A stretch of 64,000 bases of DNA from an uncultured virus (IMG/VR IMGVR_UViG_3300030503_000181) (IMGVR_UViG_3300030503_000181), one strand, 5' to 3'; counted from the stretch's first letter, positions 9,427-20,220 are shown. The notes: generated by a model from the sequence alone, not told the origin. Numbers and translations are program-made.

Positions 9427-11058
9427 TTATTCCTCTGTCCACATAACTTTGATTGTCATCAGCGCACCAGCAGCCGCGACAGCCGAGATTTCAATTCCAA
9501 ACCAGTCGTTAACGCCACGCAGCGTTGCCGCTTGCCCGCCATCGGTGCCGAACTCCCACACAATGGCAGGAGGCCCAACTAAGGACGAAGTGTTTGTCGT
9601 CCACTGCATGTATTGCGACTCGATGGAGCCGAGGTTGAAAGCTGTGGCAACCGTGGGCAACGTCGTGTACTGACTGATAGCAACGGTTGCAGCGGGGTTG
9701 AGAGTATCGTCGGGTACTGGCGTTATAGCGTTAAACGCCCCTCCACTAATAGCTGAAAAGCGGCGGAAGCGAATTAAGTTGAGTGCCGAGTTGCCCGTTG
9801 TGCAAGCCCAAGTGATCTGGACTCGGCGAACCCTTATAACTTTTGTCGCACTTCCCTGAATCGTGAAGAAAGGAGTAGTGGCATTGGCAAGCGGTGCGAA
9901 GGCGCTCTCAGTCCCATGGTAGGTCGGGATACGCCCCGTGGGGTCTACGTACAGGCTGCCCGCGCTGTCGGATTGCAGCGGAAGAGTGGAACCGTTCGGC
10001 GGTGAGGGCGGAATAGCGTTGTAGGTTTCTGAGACTGTAACATCGCCGCTCGCAACGTTGACGTTGATGGCGGGTACGGCTGGTGAGCCCACAAAGGTAA
10101 GAGCGGCTACGAGTTCCGCCAAATAAGCGTTGGCAATCGGATCGTTTACGACCCAAGGCGACGTGCACTGTGTTACACAAGAGGTGCCGCTGGTCTGATT
10201 GACCACCTCGACTTGAAGCACAGGAACCGCAGGGGAACCGTACAAGCCGATGACAGAGGCGAGGTCGGCGGCAAGCGTGGCGAGGGAAGCCTCGGCTGCC
10301 GCATCCTGTACGGCAAATGTCCCTGTGTTGGTGACGACGACGGTTCCGGTTACGGAGACCGCCCCACTCACAACCCATGGTGTGGTGCATTGAGTGACGC
10401 AGATCGAAGACTCGGAGAACGTCACCGTCAGGGGGTTGACGACGTTTACGTCGAGCGCGAATACGGCGGGGCTGCCTGCGAAGCTTCCTTGCAACCATTG
10501 AAGGTCGCCGTTCGCGTCCTGTATGCCGATACCGATAGGCTGGATGCAAGTTGGGGCGACATACGCGGGCGCAGGGCAGATCGGGCTGCCAGCGGGATAG
10601 AGACCTTGTACCTGTGGATCGGCCCAGATCGCCGAGCAGTTACCGGGCTGTGAAATCAGCATCATGCCCGGGTGAGTTGGAGCACTGAGACCAACGTCGA
10701 TGGGGCAGCCGCTTGGCGTACAGAGGTACTCCGCACAAGACGATGGTGTGCCCGTGACATTGAAGTAAATCCCACCTGCGTTGTCGTAGGTGATTTCGAT
10801 GTTGTTCTGGGCTATGAAATTGGCGGTGTTCTGGTCGGGTACTTTGACGCCGTTGACTTCAAGCTCGATGCAGCATGAAGATGATGGGATAGGAGGTAGG
10901 AGCGACGAGTCAATTTTCCCACAAGAATCGAGCAAAACGAGAGCGCCAGCCTGCGCTGGACAGCCGCCCGCAGTTACGGCATCAATGCGGTATTCTGTCC
11001 GAGCAACCTGCCCGCGCTTATCTTTTCGATTTGCTATTACTGACCATTGAGTCGCCAT
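9427..11058 (-). CDS. Putative fibre protein, paralogous in part to 486-4259 (543 aa)
   Basis: Shares VNVVNPLTVTF, VTQCTxPWVV and a C-terminal domain (GSATKVIRVRRV...WTEE) with 486-4259. Confidence 0.65.
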   Translation of the reverse strand: MATQWSVIANRKDKRGQVARTEYRIDAVTAGGCPAQAGALVLLDSCGKIDSSLLPPIPSSSCCIELEVNGVKVPDQNTANFIAQNNIEITYDNAGGIYFNVTGTPSSCAEYLCTPSGCPIDVGLSAPTHPGMMLISQPGNCSAIWADPQVQGLYPAGSPICPAPAYVAPTCIQPIGIGIQDANGDLQWLQGSFAGSPAVFALDVNVVNPLTVTFSESSICVTQCTTPWVVSGAVSVTGTVVVTNTGTFAVQDAAAEASLATLAADLASVIGLYGSPAVPVLQVEVVNQTSGTSCVTQCTSPWVVNDPIANAYLAELVAALTFVGSPAVPAINVNVASGDVTVSETYNAIPPSPPNGSTLPLQSDSAGSLYVDPTGRIPTYHGTESAFAPLANATTPFFTIQGSATKVIRVRRVQITWACTTGNSALNLIRFRRFSAISGGAFNAITPVPDDTLNPAATVAISQYTTLPTVATAFNLGSIESQYMQWTTNTSSLVGPPAIVWEFGTDGGQAATLRGVNDWFGIEISAVAAAGALMTIKVMWTEE

Positions 11059-11070
11059 TCAATCATCCCG

Positions 11071-12060
11071 TTACTTCTCGAACAGGGCCTCCATATCCAG
11101 CATGAACTTCGACGCACCAACTCCCTCTAAATTTCGAGGAGCTTGTGAGGGGGAGATGTTCGATTCAGCGTAAAATAGCCAGACCTTACGGGTGCTGGGG
11201 TCAATAATCTTGCCGTGGAGTTCGGTGGTGCTGTAGGCTACAAGGGTTGCCGTGCCCGTGTCGGGCGACGTTTCGCAGGCGTAGGTTGGGTTCGGGTAGC
11301 TTCCGCTCGCGTTCCCCGTGTTGGTCTCGTTCACGCCCATAGCATTGACGAGAGTCAGGGTTGTGGCTGTACTCGCAATAGCCAAGAAAGTGCCATTGTT
11401 TGTTGGGCTTGCAAAACCAGTAATCGTGAAATAGTATCCCGCGTAAGCGTTCCCCGCCCCACCCGCGATTGTGCCAATGTAGACGGTCGAAGACGGCGGG
11501 CTGCCCGTGGAGGCATTAACCATCGTCAGGGTAAAGTTGAAGGGGGACGTTGTGGTGAACTGTTCATCGGTAGCCGACAGTACGGTGACGGTCTGACCGT
11601 TTAGAAACGGTTCATTCATCCCGCTAAGAGTCACGGTCGCGCCAGTAGCGAAAGCGTTGTCCCCTACGATGGTCACAACGTTGTTCACAATCGACGACGC
11701 AGTGATGGCGGCTGTAAGCTTGTAATTGGTGAAGGTGACGCTGGTGGGAGTTACGGTTCCTACCCTAAAAACCTCTCCGTTGAGGAAAAAGGCGTTGTCG
11801 AATCCGTCGAGGATTACGATCATGCCGGGTTTGAGGACACCGAAGCTGTTCCCACCGCTGAGCGTAAGCACGCCGCCAGCGATGGTGACGCCTGTTACAT
11901 CTTCGACGAGATATACGGGGAGATTGGATTCGATGTACTGGAGGCTGTTGACCTCGACTATGGTCTCGCGTCCAGTTGGCTCCAGTGTACGGTCTGGTTT
12001 GTAAATCCAGAATGCGGCGTGGATAGTCGTATTTAGCTGGAACCCGTACTTATGCGCCAT
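11071..12060 (-). CDS. Putative virion structural protein with beta repeats (329 aa)
   Basis: Repeated G...VxLxG....FLNG..V modules; first gene of the minus-strand block. Confidence 0.55.
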   Translation of the reverse strand: MAHKYGFQLNTTIHAAFWIYKPDRTLEPTGRETIVEVNSLQYIESNLPVYLVEDVTGVTIAGGVLTLSGGNSFGVLKPGMIVILDGFDNAFFLNGEVFRVGTVTPTSVTFTNYKLTAAITASSIVNNVVTIVGDNAFATGATVTLSGMNEPFLNGQTVTVLSATDEQFTTTSPFNFTLTMVNASTGSPPSSTVYIGTIAGGAGNAYAGYYFTITGFASPTNNGTFLAIASTATTLTLVNAMGVNETNTGNASGSYPNPTYACETSPDTGTATLVAYSTTELHGKIIDPSTRKVWLFYAESNISPSQAPRNLEGVGASKFMLDMEALFEK

Positions 12061-12255
12061 TTTGCTCCGAGTTTAGCTGAACGCAGACGCACGCCGACGC
12101 AAAGGCGCAGACGTACTACGACTACTGTTCATGCTCAGAAGTTGCCTTGTGGTTGGGGTCAACTCCTATCTATGTGTCTGGAAATAGGTTTTCATTTCGC
12201 GGACAAAATTGCGAAAATCGAGGGTAGGACCGAAGCCGCCATATCTGCAAGTCGT

Positions 12256-12317
12256 TGAAAACAAGACTCAAAATACCCGGAAAAACCTATCGATTTTCCC
12301 ATTTTTATTGGTATAAT
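12256..12317 (+). promoter_or_regulatory. Class A phage promoter, copy 1
   Basis: TGAAAACAAG (12256), CCTATCGATT (12286-12295), 16 nt, TATAAT (12312-12317); ATG at 12324. Confidence 0.75.
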
Positions 12318-12323
12318 AGCGAC

Positions 12324-15300
12324 ATGAATTGCTCACGCGCACATCACAGCCGCATGGTCGATTACTCAGCCGTCGTTGACGGCTCGAAAAAACTCCAGAA
12401 CGCCATCTACCTGTTCGTCCTCGGCATCCGTGGCCGTCGTGAGAACCCCGTGACTTACAGCCAAATCAGAAAATGGTTTCACGGCACACCAGAAGATTTC
12501 TTCGTTACCAACCTCAACGCCATCTGCGGCGACAAAATCATCCTCGACAACGGCAAATACCGCGTGATGACCTTCCGCGATCACGTTCGCGACCGCGAAA
12601 TGCGTCGTGAGATCAAAGCTGAAATGGCGTCCGTCCACCGTTTTGGGAGGCCCGAGTAATGGATAACGTCCTCTTAGATGTCATTCGAGCGATTCCTCAG
12701 CAGGCTCAGCGGCAGTACGGCACCGACGATCAGCTTCGCCTAGCGATGGCGGCTGCCAACAAGCTTGGTCTGTACGACGCCGCCGACGTGATCCGCCGTC
12801 TGGCGGGGGATGACGAACTGGCGAACGCGGCGAGGCACGCAGGGCATGTGTGCACCTACCCTTGTGAGCCGTGTTGCGAGAAAGACCCCGAATACAGCAT
12901 GGAGTTGCACGCGACTCAGCCGAAGAAAGATTGGCCGACCGTGAAAGCCGAAGCCAAGCTTCGCGAGGATTGGCGGGACCGTAGGGCAGCACGAGATTTT
13001 CAGAGAGACTAATTCAAGGGGGATATCATGGCACGAATTTGTTCAGTTCCGGCAGAAGTTGGTCCTCAACCCAAATTTCACGATTGCGATGGCGACTTCA
13101 AAAAGTACACCACCGCGACCGACAAGTGGATCAAGACGGTCGTTGACCACGCCAAGAAGAATGGCTCGGGTGAACTCGCAGGCGAGATCGTTCGCTTCCA
13201 CGTGGCTGACGGCTACGCTCAGTACGTGGTATTCTCGTCCAAGCCGCTGCAACTCATTCACCTGCCCGTCTACGATGCGTGGCACTTCCAGTACGCGAAT
13301 CGCCTGACGGTCAAGGACATCAAGGAAGAAGTCCGCCGTGGTAAGGCGCTCAAGGCGATGTTCGCCTCAAAGGGGCAATAATGGCAACAGATTACCCAGA
13401 ATGCAAAGGCGGCAACGGTCGAAGCTGCTCTCAAGAGGCTACCGATTGCTGCCAGATATGCGGCAAGGACATTTGCCCAGACCACATAGGACCGGAGCAA
13501 GTGGACGACCCGAAGGCGATAGTTTGCACAGATTGCGGGAGGGAATAATGGCGACCGAAACCATAACCATCTTCACGCCGTCCGAGATCATGCTGGCGGC
13601 TCTTCTGGGAAAGACGTTCCGCCCCGAGTCGGTGTTGGACATCATCCGCAGCCTGAGCGATCTGGGGATCACCGAGCATCCTTACGATGCTGTTTGCGTC
13701 GAGAAGGTGCACGAACGGTTGCAATGGTACGGCTACAACGCCAACGAAGCAAACCAAGTAGTTTGGGCACTCAGGGAGCGTGCGAAATAATATGCCGAGA
13801 ATCTACGATTCAGCCAGCGACCCACTCGATTTCTGCAAGCGTTGCTTCCCCGGCGAGAAGACCGCCGAGGCACGCTATGCCAACACCGTTAAGACAGGCG
13901 ACGGTCCTGACGGGCGAGGCAACTGTTTCGACTACAACTCTGACCACCCACCTTACGAGGACACCGACTACGGGTGCACCACTTGCAGGCGGCAACTCGG
14001 GGAAAAGGACAACTAATCATGAACCTAGACAGCGTTCGCATTCAATTCCAATCGCAGAACCCGCACAACACCCTGTTCCTGAAAGTGTGGGCCGACGCCA
14101 ACAACGAGCCGACCGAGATGTACGCGGCTCTGGAGAAAGTGGGCTTCACGGCGGATGAAGTTCCGCCAGCACCGCCGATCCCCGCTGAGTTCTGCTATGC
14201 GGCTGGCTACGCCAAGGGGGACAAGACCTTGATTACCGAGCAGACTTTCGTGAAGAGCGGCTCGGGTTTGTTCGGCGGTTGGACGCCCGAAGAGAAGAAG
14301 GCGAACGTGCCTGCGGTTCGTAATGCGCTCCGCAAGTTCGGTTTCGTCCGCATTGACCACCGCAAGTTGAGACTTGAGGACAGCCTGTAATCGTGGTAGG
14401 ATATTGAGGAGACAATATGCGAAGAGGCAGCAATCCCGTATTTATCCATGTAGCCGCCGATGGACTGATCCTCGCCCCCGATAAACGAAACCGCGAGCAG
14501 AGCGCCGTCCTCGACCTCGACCCAACCACCCGCACCCTTGCCGTCAATCTGGGTGCCGACTACTGTGCGGAGCACGAGTGGGGCATCAAGAAGCTGTATG
14601 AGGCTTTCGGCGTCAAATTCGAGGTCGGCACCTACGGTATCAAGAAACGCAAGATCAGCAAGGTGCCCAAGTCCCTCGTTTGGGTGAAACTGATTGACGG
14701 GCGGCAGGGCTTCGCGTACCGAAGCTATTGGTTTAAGTCGGCGGAAGTAAGTCTCATTGACGACAGTGATCTCAAATCGTATGAGATATTCGACCGCGAG
14801 AAGCGCAAGATGAAGGCCAACCCCGTCCAGTTGTGCTGTGCGTGGAGCGATGACGATTTCGCCTGCATGTCTTCTGATCCCACCGACATCAAATATCTTC
14901 GCGAGATTTTCGACCAGTTCCAGAAGAAAAACATCATCTTCACGTTCTCGAACGCCCTCCCCGCTTTTGAGAATCCGGGTCTCATCATCGCCATCGCGAA
15001 TCGGATGCCGAAGGAAGTCGCCGACATGCTCGCGAAGGCCGATAAGGAAACCCACGAGATCGAGAAATTCGTGGTGAAGAGCGGGATTCGTGAACTGCTC
15101 AAAGCGAAGGGCAAGGGGTATTTCGCCCTGTCTCCGAAGCGTTGGGAGGACGGCTCGATCAAGTTCTGGCTGAATCCCTACGACCAGCACAAGGTCAACT
15201 ACGGCTACTTCACGCTGGATCAACTCCGCGAATGGGCGGATGACAGGGGTCCGATTCCGATGTCGCCTGCTCAGGTGATCGATTACCATGAACGGATGTC

Positions 15301-16255
15301 GGGCAAGAAAGTGAAGGCTATCCAGTGATAATCACCATTTTGGCGTACAAGTCAGACTCCACGGACGTTTGTCGAGGCTGTACCATGGCCCACTATTCCT
15401 CGGACTTCAAATGGAAATCGTCCATGGACCGAGGAGAGATCGAAGAGTTCCTCGCGGGGCTCATGTTCGACAACAAGCACCTTGACACGGGCGAGAGCGG
15501 ATACGAAATCACTTTCCTTTTCAACGGCGAAGAATACAACGATGTCGATCAAATCGCTTGGGAGATGGATGCCCTCAAGAAAGAGCTAACGCTGGAAGCT
15601 ACGGCGCTTTACGTTATCAAAGAAAATGATTTCCAGCGTCAGAAGTTCGAGTCCGAGAATCGAACCGCAGCCAAGCAGAAACGGGACACCGAGGAGCGCG
15701 AGCGCCAGCAGTTGGCTACGCTTCAAGCCAAGTACGGAGCCCAATGAGAACTTACAGCCAGCGAACGTGCCGCTGCGGTAAGAAAATCAGTGCCGCAGGA
15801 CTGCCATGGTACAACCACATGATGGGGCATGTCCGTCGTGGAGAGGCGACCGTTACGCGGACGCTCTACGACTTTCTCCAACTAGAACATATTGAATTCA
15901 CATGGATCAAAGGGGTCAAATGCCAGCCAAACAAATCCCGCTAGTTTCCGAACTTCTCGCACTTACGGAGAGGCCATACGATGATTACAACACGGTTCTG
16001 ACCGAGGTCATGACCCGCCTGCCGCTCGACGTGCAGGTGCAGACATTCCAACAGGTCTTGGGGGAAGAGCTTCCCTTGACAACCGCCCGCCGCGCCTACC
16101 GCACCGCCATTCGGATCGCCATGGGGCAGGAAGATGTCCATCGCGAGTACCAGCCCGAAGCCCGTCAAGTCCACCAAGAGAAAGTCGTCTATACGGAAGG
16201 AATACGGAAGTTAACGAGGGTAATTTCGTTTGTTTTGTTGCTTTTAGCTTTTTAA
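12324..16255 (+). other. Run of small hypothetical phage genes: 12324-12659, 12659-13012, 13028-13381, 13381-13548 (Cys-rich), 13548-13790, 13792-14016, 14019-14390, 14417-15328, 15325-15747, 15744-15944, 15920-16255
   Basis: Contiguous ORFs with stop/start overlaps and SD-like sites; no function recognised. Confidence 0.65.
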
Positions 16256-16331
16256 GTGGTATTTCTCCGTATCCGTTCAAATACGGAGTAAATAGCTCGA
16301 CTTTACGGCTATAAAAATTTGAGGAGTCCAA

Positions 16332-16733
16332 ATGAAAACCACATTCGCAACAATCCTGATCGCTCTGGTACTGTGCGTGTCGGCTGCGGCACAATCATCA
16401 AAGGATTTAGTCGTAGTTTACATCACGGCGGGAGAGTTGTCTACGTCCTGCCAGCACTGGGATAACAGCGATCAGAAATTTTCGCACGAAGAAGCACTTA
16501 AGATCACTATTGCAAACGGCTTTTGTCAGGGGTACATTGTTGGGTTTGCCGACAACCTCACTATTGACCACTGGAACCCCTCCGCTGGTATCGGCGGTGT
16601 CACACAGCATCAACTCGTCGCTGTAGTGAAGCAGTACATTGATAGTCATCCTCAGTTGTGGGGTGAGCCAGCATTCACATCGGTGACCAAAGCTTTGTCA
16701 GAAGCATTTCCCCCTAAGCCACTGACGAAATAA
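16332..16733 (+). CDS. Secreted Rap1a/Tai-family immunity-like protein
   Basis: N-terminal signal peptide; TAGELSTSC...FCQGYIVGFAD...QLVAVVKQYIDSHPQ...ALSEAFP. Confidence 0.7.
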   Translation: MKTTFATILIALVLCVSAAAQSSKDLVVVYITAGELSTSCQHWDNSDQKFSHEEALKITIANGFCQGYIVGFADNLTIDHWNPSAGIGGVTQHQLVAVVKQYIDSHPQLWGEPAFTSVTKALSEAFPPKPLTK

Positions 16734-16810
16734 CGCCGCCCGCACCAAATTCTACGAATACCAACTAGCTAAGTTTTGACTTCCGTGTGCCTATACGTGA
16801 GACATACAGA

Positions 16811-17419
16811 ATGAAATGTGATATTCTCCCCGAAACCATAAAAGACCTGTATTGGGGTCAAAACAAATCCTTGGCTGAGACAGCGAAGGCTGTTGGTGCT
16901 GATAAAGCTACGGTACTTAACCGAATGAAGGAATTTGGCATTCCTCGTCGAAGCGTAGCGGAATCCTTGCAGGGCAGGGAAATAGTGTGGGCAGAGAAGA
17001 TTGCCGAAGCCAACCGAGGTAAGGTTCTGAGCGAGGCAACCAAGATTGCAATTTCGGCTAGCAGAAAATCCGAGAACACGCCCGCTTGGAATAAGGGCTT
17101 AAGTCGAGTGACACACCCAGACCAGATTACTTATGGGGTGAGCGGCGAATTACACTGGAACTGGAAAGGTGGCATCTCAGGCGATAAGAATAGAATTCGA
17201 GCATCTTCAGAGTATAAGTTTTGGCGGAAGGCAGTCTTTCAACGGGACAATTGGACTTGCGTTAAGTGCGGTCAACGTGGCGGGCATTTAGAAGCCGATC
17301 ACATTAAGGGGTTCGCGGAATACCCAGAGCTTCGATTTGAGGTTTCTAATGGGCAGACGTTATGCAAGCCCTGCCACAGGCAGATTACAAACGAGAGAGC
17401 CAGAAAAAGTGGTTGCTAA
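16811..17419 (+). CDS. HNH homing endonuclease with N-terminal DNA-binding modules
   Basis: WNKG and HWNWKGG motifs; RDNWTCVKCG...LEADHIK...NGQTLCKPCH. Confidence 0.85.
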   Translation: MKCDILPETIKDLYWGQNKSLAETAKAVGADKATVLNRMKEFGIPRRSVAESLQGREIVWAEKIAEANRGKVLSEATKIAISASRKSENTPAWNKGLSRVTHPDQITYGVSGELHWNWKGGISGDKNRIRASSEYKFWRKAVFQRDNWTCVKCGQRGGHLEADHIKGFAEYPELRFEVSNGQTLCKPCHRQITNERARKSGC

Positions 17420-17472
17420 AATTTCCTGAATACGAGTATTGTATTTAGAGAAGCTTTACGAAAATTACAAGC

Positions 17473-17529
17473 TTGATGGACAGGTTAAGCCTGTCCGTCA
17501 ATAAACCAAGAGATGGGTTAAACCCATCT
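17473..17529. repeat. Two tandem hairpins with similar loops
   Basis: TTGATGGACAGG-TTAAG-CCTGTCCGTCAA and AGATGGG-TTAAA-CCCATCT. Confidence 0.7.
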
Positions 17530-17550
17530 TCTTAAAATACGGAGGGCTAA

Positions 17551-18471
17551 ATGCCTAAATCAAAGAAGTTGAATCTCAACTGTCCTGTGCCGGGTTGCCA
17601 AACCACGGTGCCCCACCTCAACGATCCAAATATCCAAAGTCTTGTTCGCGAGTTCGGTGACCCAGAGAAAGCGTGTCGCTGGACGCTTTACGCCATCGCA
17701 GAACTTGGTAAGTCTATTCGTGCTGACATGGACGCCGAACGTTGGCTGGCGGTGTTTTCGCGCAGTCGCCAAATCGAGGAGTTGTACATTCGCACGTTGT
17801 ACACGGTTTTCATCGCCTCACCAGACGAGATCGCTCACATCATGTCTGATGATCAGCCTAACGGTCTCACAGCACGGTATCGCAAAGTGAACGAGGTAAT
17901 CTTTGAAGGTCGCGGAACGCTGGACACAGTGCAACCGGGGCTGACTCAAGGAGAGTTTACTCCAATGGAGACACTGCATCAGGGGGCGCACGTGTCGTTT
18001 TCGGCGTTGTTGCTGGTGATTGGTTTGGTGCGTAATCCGGAGTATCTTGAGGTGTACAAAAGTGGTCGTTATGAGCAGCACTTTTCGATCTACTGCACAT
18101 TTCTAAACCACTTGGCGAACCTGTTTCACGATGAGCGAGACAAGGCAACTGTCTTGTCGGCGCTCATCTCGATGAGTCGTCCTAAGAGTTACTGGATTGA
18201 GCAAGCCGGTAAGCCAGTGAAAGCTGGTCCTCCCCCAGTTAAGCTCTTGAAGACAGTGTTCTTGTCGAAGGGTGAACACTGGCGTGCTCTCTTCGTGGAT
18301 CAGCCGTCAGGCGAGGAAGTTCGATTCCGCGTTCACATCAGCAAAAACCGCTGTTCTGACGAGAAGAACATGGCTGTCCTACGGAGGGGACCTGAGGCCG
18401 ATATGTTGGCGGCTCTCGATTTTGACATTCAGTCAGCCGTGAAAGAGGGCTGGGCGGTCGAGGGATCGTAA
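17551..18471 (+). CDS. Hypothetical protein, possible HEPN-like (DUF5677/DUF6988-like) domain; paralogue A
   Basis: N-terminal CPVPGC..PH; RSRQIEELYIR and LHQGAH motifs; clearly similar to 18588-19520. Confidence 0.5.
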   Translation: MPKSKKLNLNCPVPGCQTTVPHLNDPNIQSLVREFGDPEKACRWTLYAIAELGKSIRADMDAERWLAVFSRSRQIEELYIRTLYTVFIASPDEIAHIMSDDQPNGLTARYRKVNEVIFEGRGTLDTVQPGLTQGEFTPMETLHQGAHVSFSALLLVIGLVRNPEYLEVYKSGRYEQHFSIYCTFLNHLANLFHDERDKATVLSALISMSRPKSYWIEQAGKPVKAGPPPVKLLKTVFLSKGEHWRALFVDQPSGEEVRFRVHISKNRCSDEKNMAVLRRGPEADMLAALDFDIQSAVKEGWAVEGS

Positions 18472-18587
18472 TTTAAGCTTAAGGTCGGGCGCTCCCATGA
18501 GCACGCACCCGATGAACGAAGCCGAAGCAGCGTGGAACGGAGTGATAACGCTTCGATTAAGCTTTTGCATTTTTCAGGAGAGAGAAA

Positions 18588-19520
18588 ATGAGCAAAAAGA
18601 AAGAAATCAATCCACATTGTCCTGTCCCGCGTTGTGGGACGAAGACTCCTCACACAGATAACTTGACGGTGCAGGCTTGCGTCCGCCAAAGCCCAGCCGA
18701 GATTCTTAACTGGACTAAAAGGTGTATCGTCGAGCTTATCCAGTCAGTAATCGATGACGTGAACAAGGGGCGAATTTTCGCTTATCTGACCCGTTGGCGT
18801 GACCCTGAAGAGCTTTACATTAGAGCACTATACGCGCTGTTTGTCGCGCCTCCCGACCATCTCCCGCACATTTTCTCGGGAGACATGCCTAACGGCTTCG
18901 GGGCGATGTGGAAAGCCGTGAACGACGCAATCTTCGGGGGGAAGGGGATTCTCTACAAAGAGCAGATTGACCTGAGTGGTAAGACGTTCACCGCAATGGG
19001 CACCCTGAATCAAAACGCCCACAACTCGTTCTCGACGATGTTGACGACAATCGGCATCGTTCGGGCTAAGCCCGAAGAGTGGCAGCCGCAGATCAAGAAG
19101 CATGTGGAGCACTGGCAGAAATACGTTGAGTACCTGAATCACATCGAGGGGCTCTTCCGAGATGGTCGGAAGCTGACCGACATCAAACAGGCTATCATTA
19201 ACCTGCACCGTTCCGTTGAAGAGTGGCAGGAAATCGCCCGCGAGCAAGCAAAGAACCCCGTGCCTCCCGTCAAGCTGGTAAGGGCTGCGTTTTTATCGAA
19301 GGGGGCAAAGTGGCGATACGTTGTCGTAGATCAACCGCCAACAGGAGAATTTCGATTCCGCGTCCACATCAACGAAAAGCGATACTTTGATCTAGAGAAC
19401 ATGGTCGTTGTGAGGACCGGGACTGAGGCCGACATGCTTGCGGCTTTCAATTTCGATCTCCAATCGATACAGGAGGAAGGCTGGAAACTCGAAGACGGAA
19501 CGGCGGTAGGGGCTTCCTAA
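18588..19520 (+). CDS. Hypothetical protein, possible HEPN-like domain; paralogue B
   Basis: CPVPRC..PH; RWRDPEELYIR; LNQNAH; shared C-terminal FLSKG..WR...VDQP...FRVHI...EADMLAA domain. Confidence 0.5.
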   Translation: MSKKKEINPHCPVPRCGTKTPHTDNLTVQACVRQSPAEILNWTKRCIVELIQSVIDDVNKGRIFAYLTRWRDPEELYIRALYALFVAPPDHLPHIFSGDMPNGFGAMWKAVNDAIFGGKGILYKEQIDLSGKTFTAMGTLNQNAHNSFSTMLTTIGIVRAKPEEWQPQIKKHVEHWQKYVEYLNHIEGLFRDGRKLTDIKQAIINLHRSVEEWQEIAREQAKNPVPPVKLVRAAFLSKGAKWRYVVVDQPPTGEFRFRVHINEKRYFDLENMVVVRTGTEADMLAAFNFDLQSIQEEGWKLEDGTAVGAS

Positions 19521-19550
19521 ATTCCCCGTAAGCGTGGTATTATTTAGTAC

Positions 19551-20009
19551 ATGCGTCGGTCGTTTAAGGGACTAGATTTTCCAAAGCGGCACTTGCGGCC
19601 TTGTCCAGTTCATCCGGGCTCGCAAGGGACGGTAACGGATTCGCGGCGGTGCTTGGACTGTAACCGAGCCTATAATCGTGCGTTGAATAAGTTTCCGAGC
19701 ACGAAATCGCGGTACGCTTTTGCACGGGGAAGTGCCAAGCGGCGGGGAATGGAATTTGCGTTGACGCTGGAGCAATACGAACGCATCGTCACACAACCGT
19801 GTGTGTATGCGATAACGGCGGATTTGACCATTAGGCCGGGTGTAGATCGCAGGGACAACACGCTGGGCTACACGCTGGAAAACAGTCAGTCTTGTTGCAA
19901 TAACCATAACCAGTTCAAGTCGAACATCTTGACGCACGAACAGATGCTCGACGCTGTTTCACGGTATAGAATACCTTGTGGCAACAGGAATTCTGTTGCA
20001 CGGATTTAA
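19551..20009 (+). CDS. HNH-like endonuclease
   Basis: AKRRGMEFALT...PCVY...GVDRRDNTLGYTLENSQSCC..HNQFK. Confidence 0.75.
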   Translation: MRRSFKGLDFPKRHLRPCPVHPGSQGTVTDSRRCLDCNRAYNRALNKFPSTKSRYAFARGSAKRRGMEFALTLEQYERIVTQPCVYAITADLTIRPGVDRRDNTLGYTLENSQSCCNNHNQFKSNILTHEQMLDAVSRYRIPCGNRNSVARI

Positions 20010-20031
20010 TAGGTCGTGGTAGGATTAACTC

Positions 20032-20214
20032 ATGCCATTCAAAGCCATAAAACGGAAGATCAAGAAAGACGGGAAAGTCAGTACCATCAAAATTTTCAGG
20101 GACGGTGCGGATGGCACGGGTGTAAGGTTGCCGTTTAGCTGCGGGTTCTGCAACGAGGTTCACTTTCGATCCCGCCAGCAGCGCAACGACCATACGAACC
20201 ATTGTCCCAAGTAA
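20032..20214 (+). CDS. Small protein with a C2H2-like zinc finger
   Basis: FSCGFCNEVHFRSRQQRNDHTNHC. Confidence 0.5.
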   Translation: MPFKAIKRKIKKDGKVSTIKIFRDGADGTGVRLPFSCGFCNEVHFRSRQQRNDHTNHCPK

Positions 20215-20220
20215 GCTTGT

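Noticed and set aside
12061..12250. Short CGCA/GACG repeats in the divergent intergenic region as an origin or ncRNA
   Set aside because: Too short and irregular, with no convincing iterons or stable stem.
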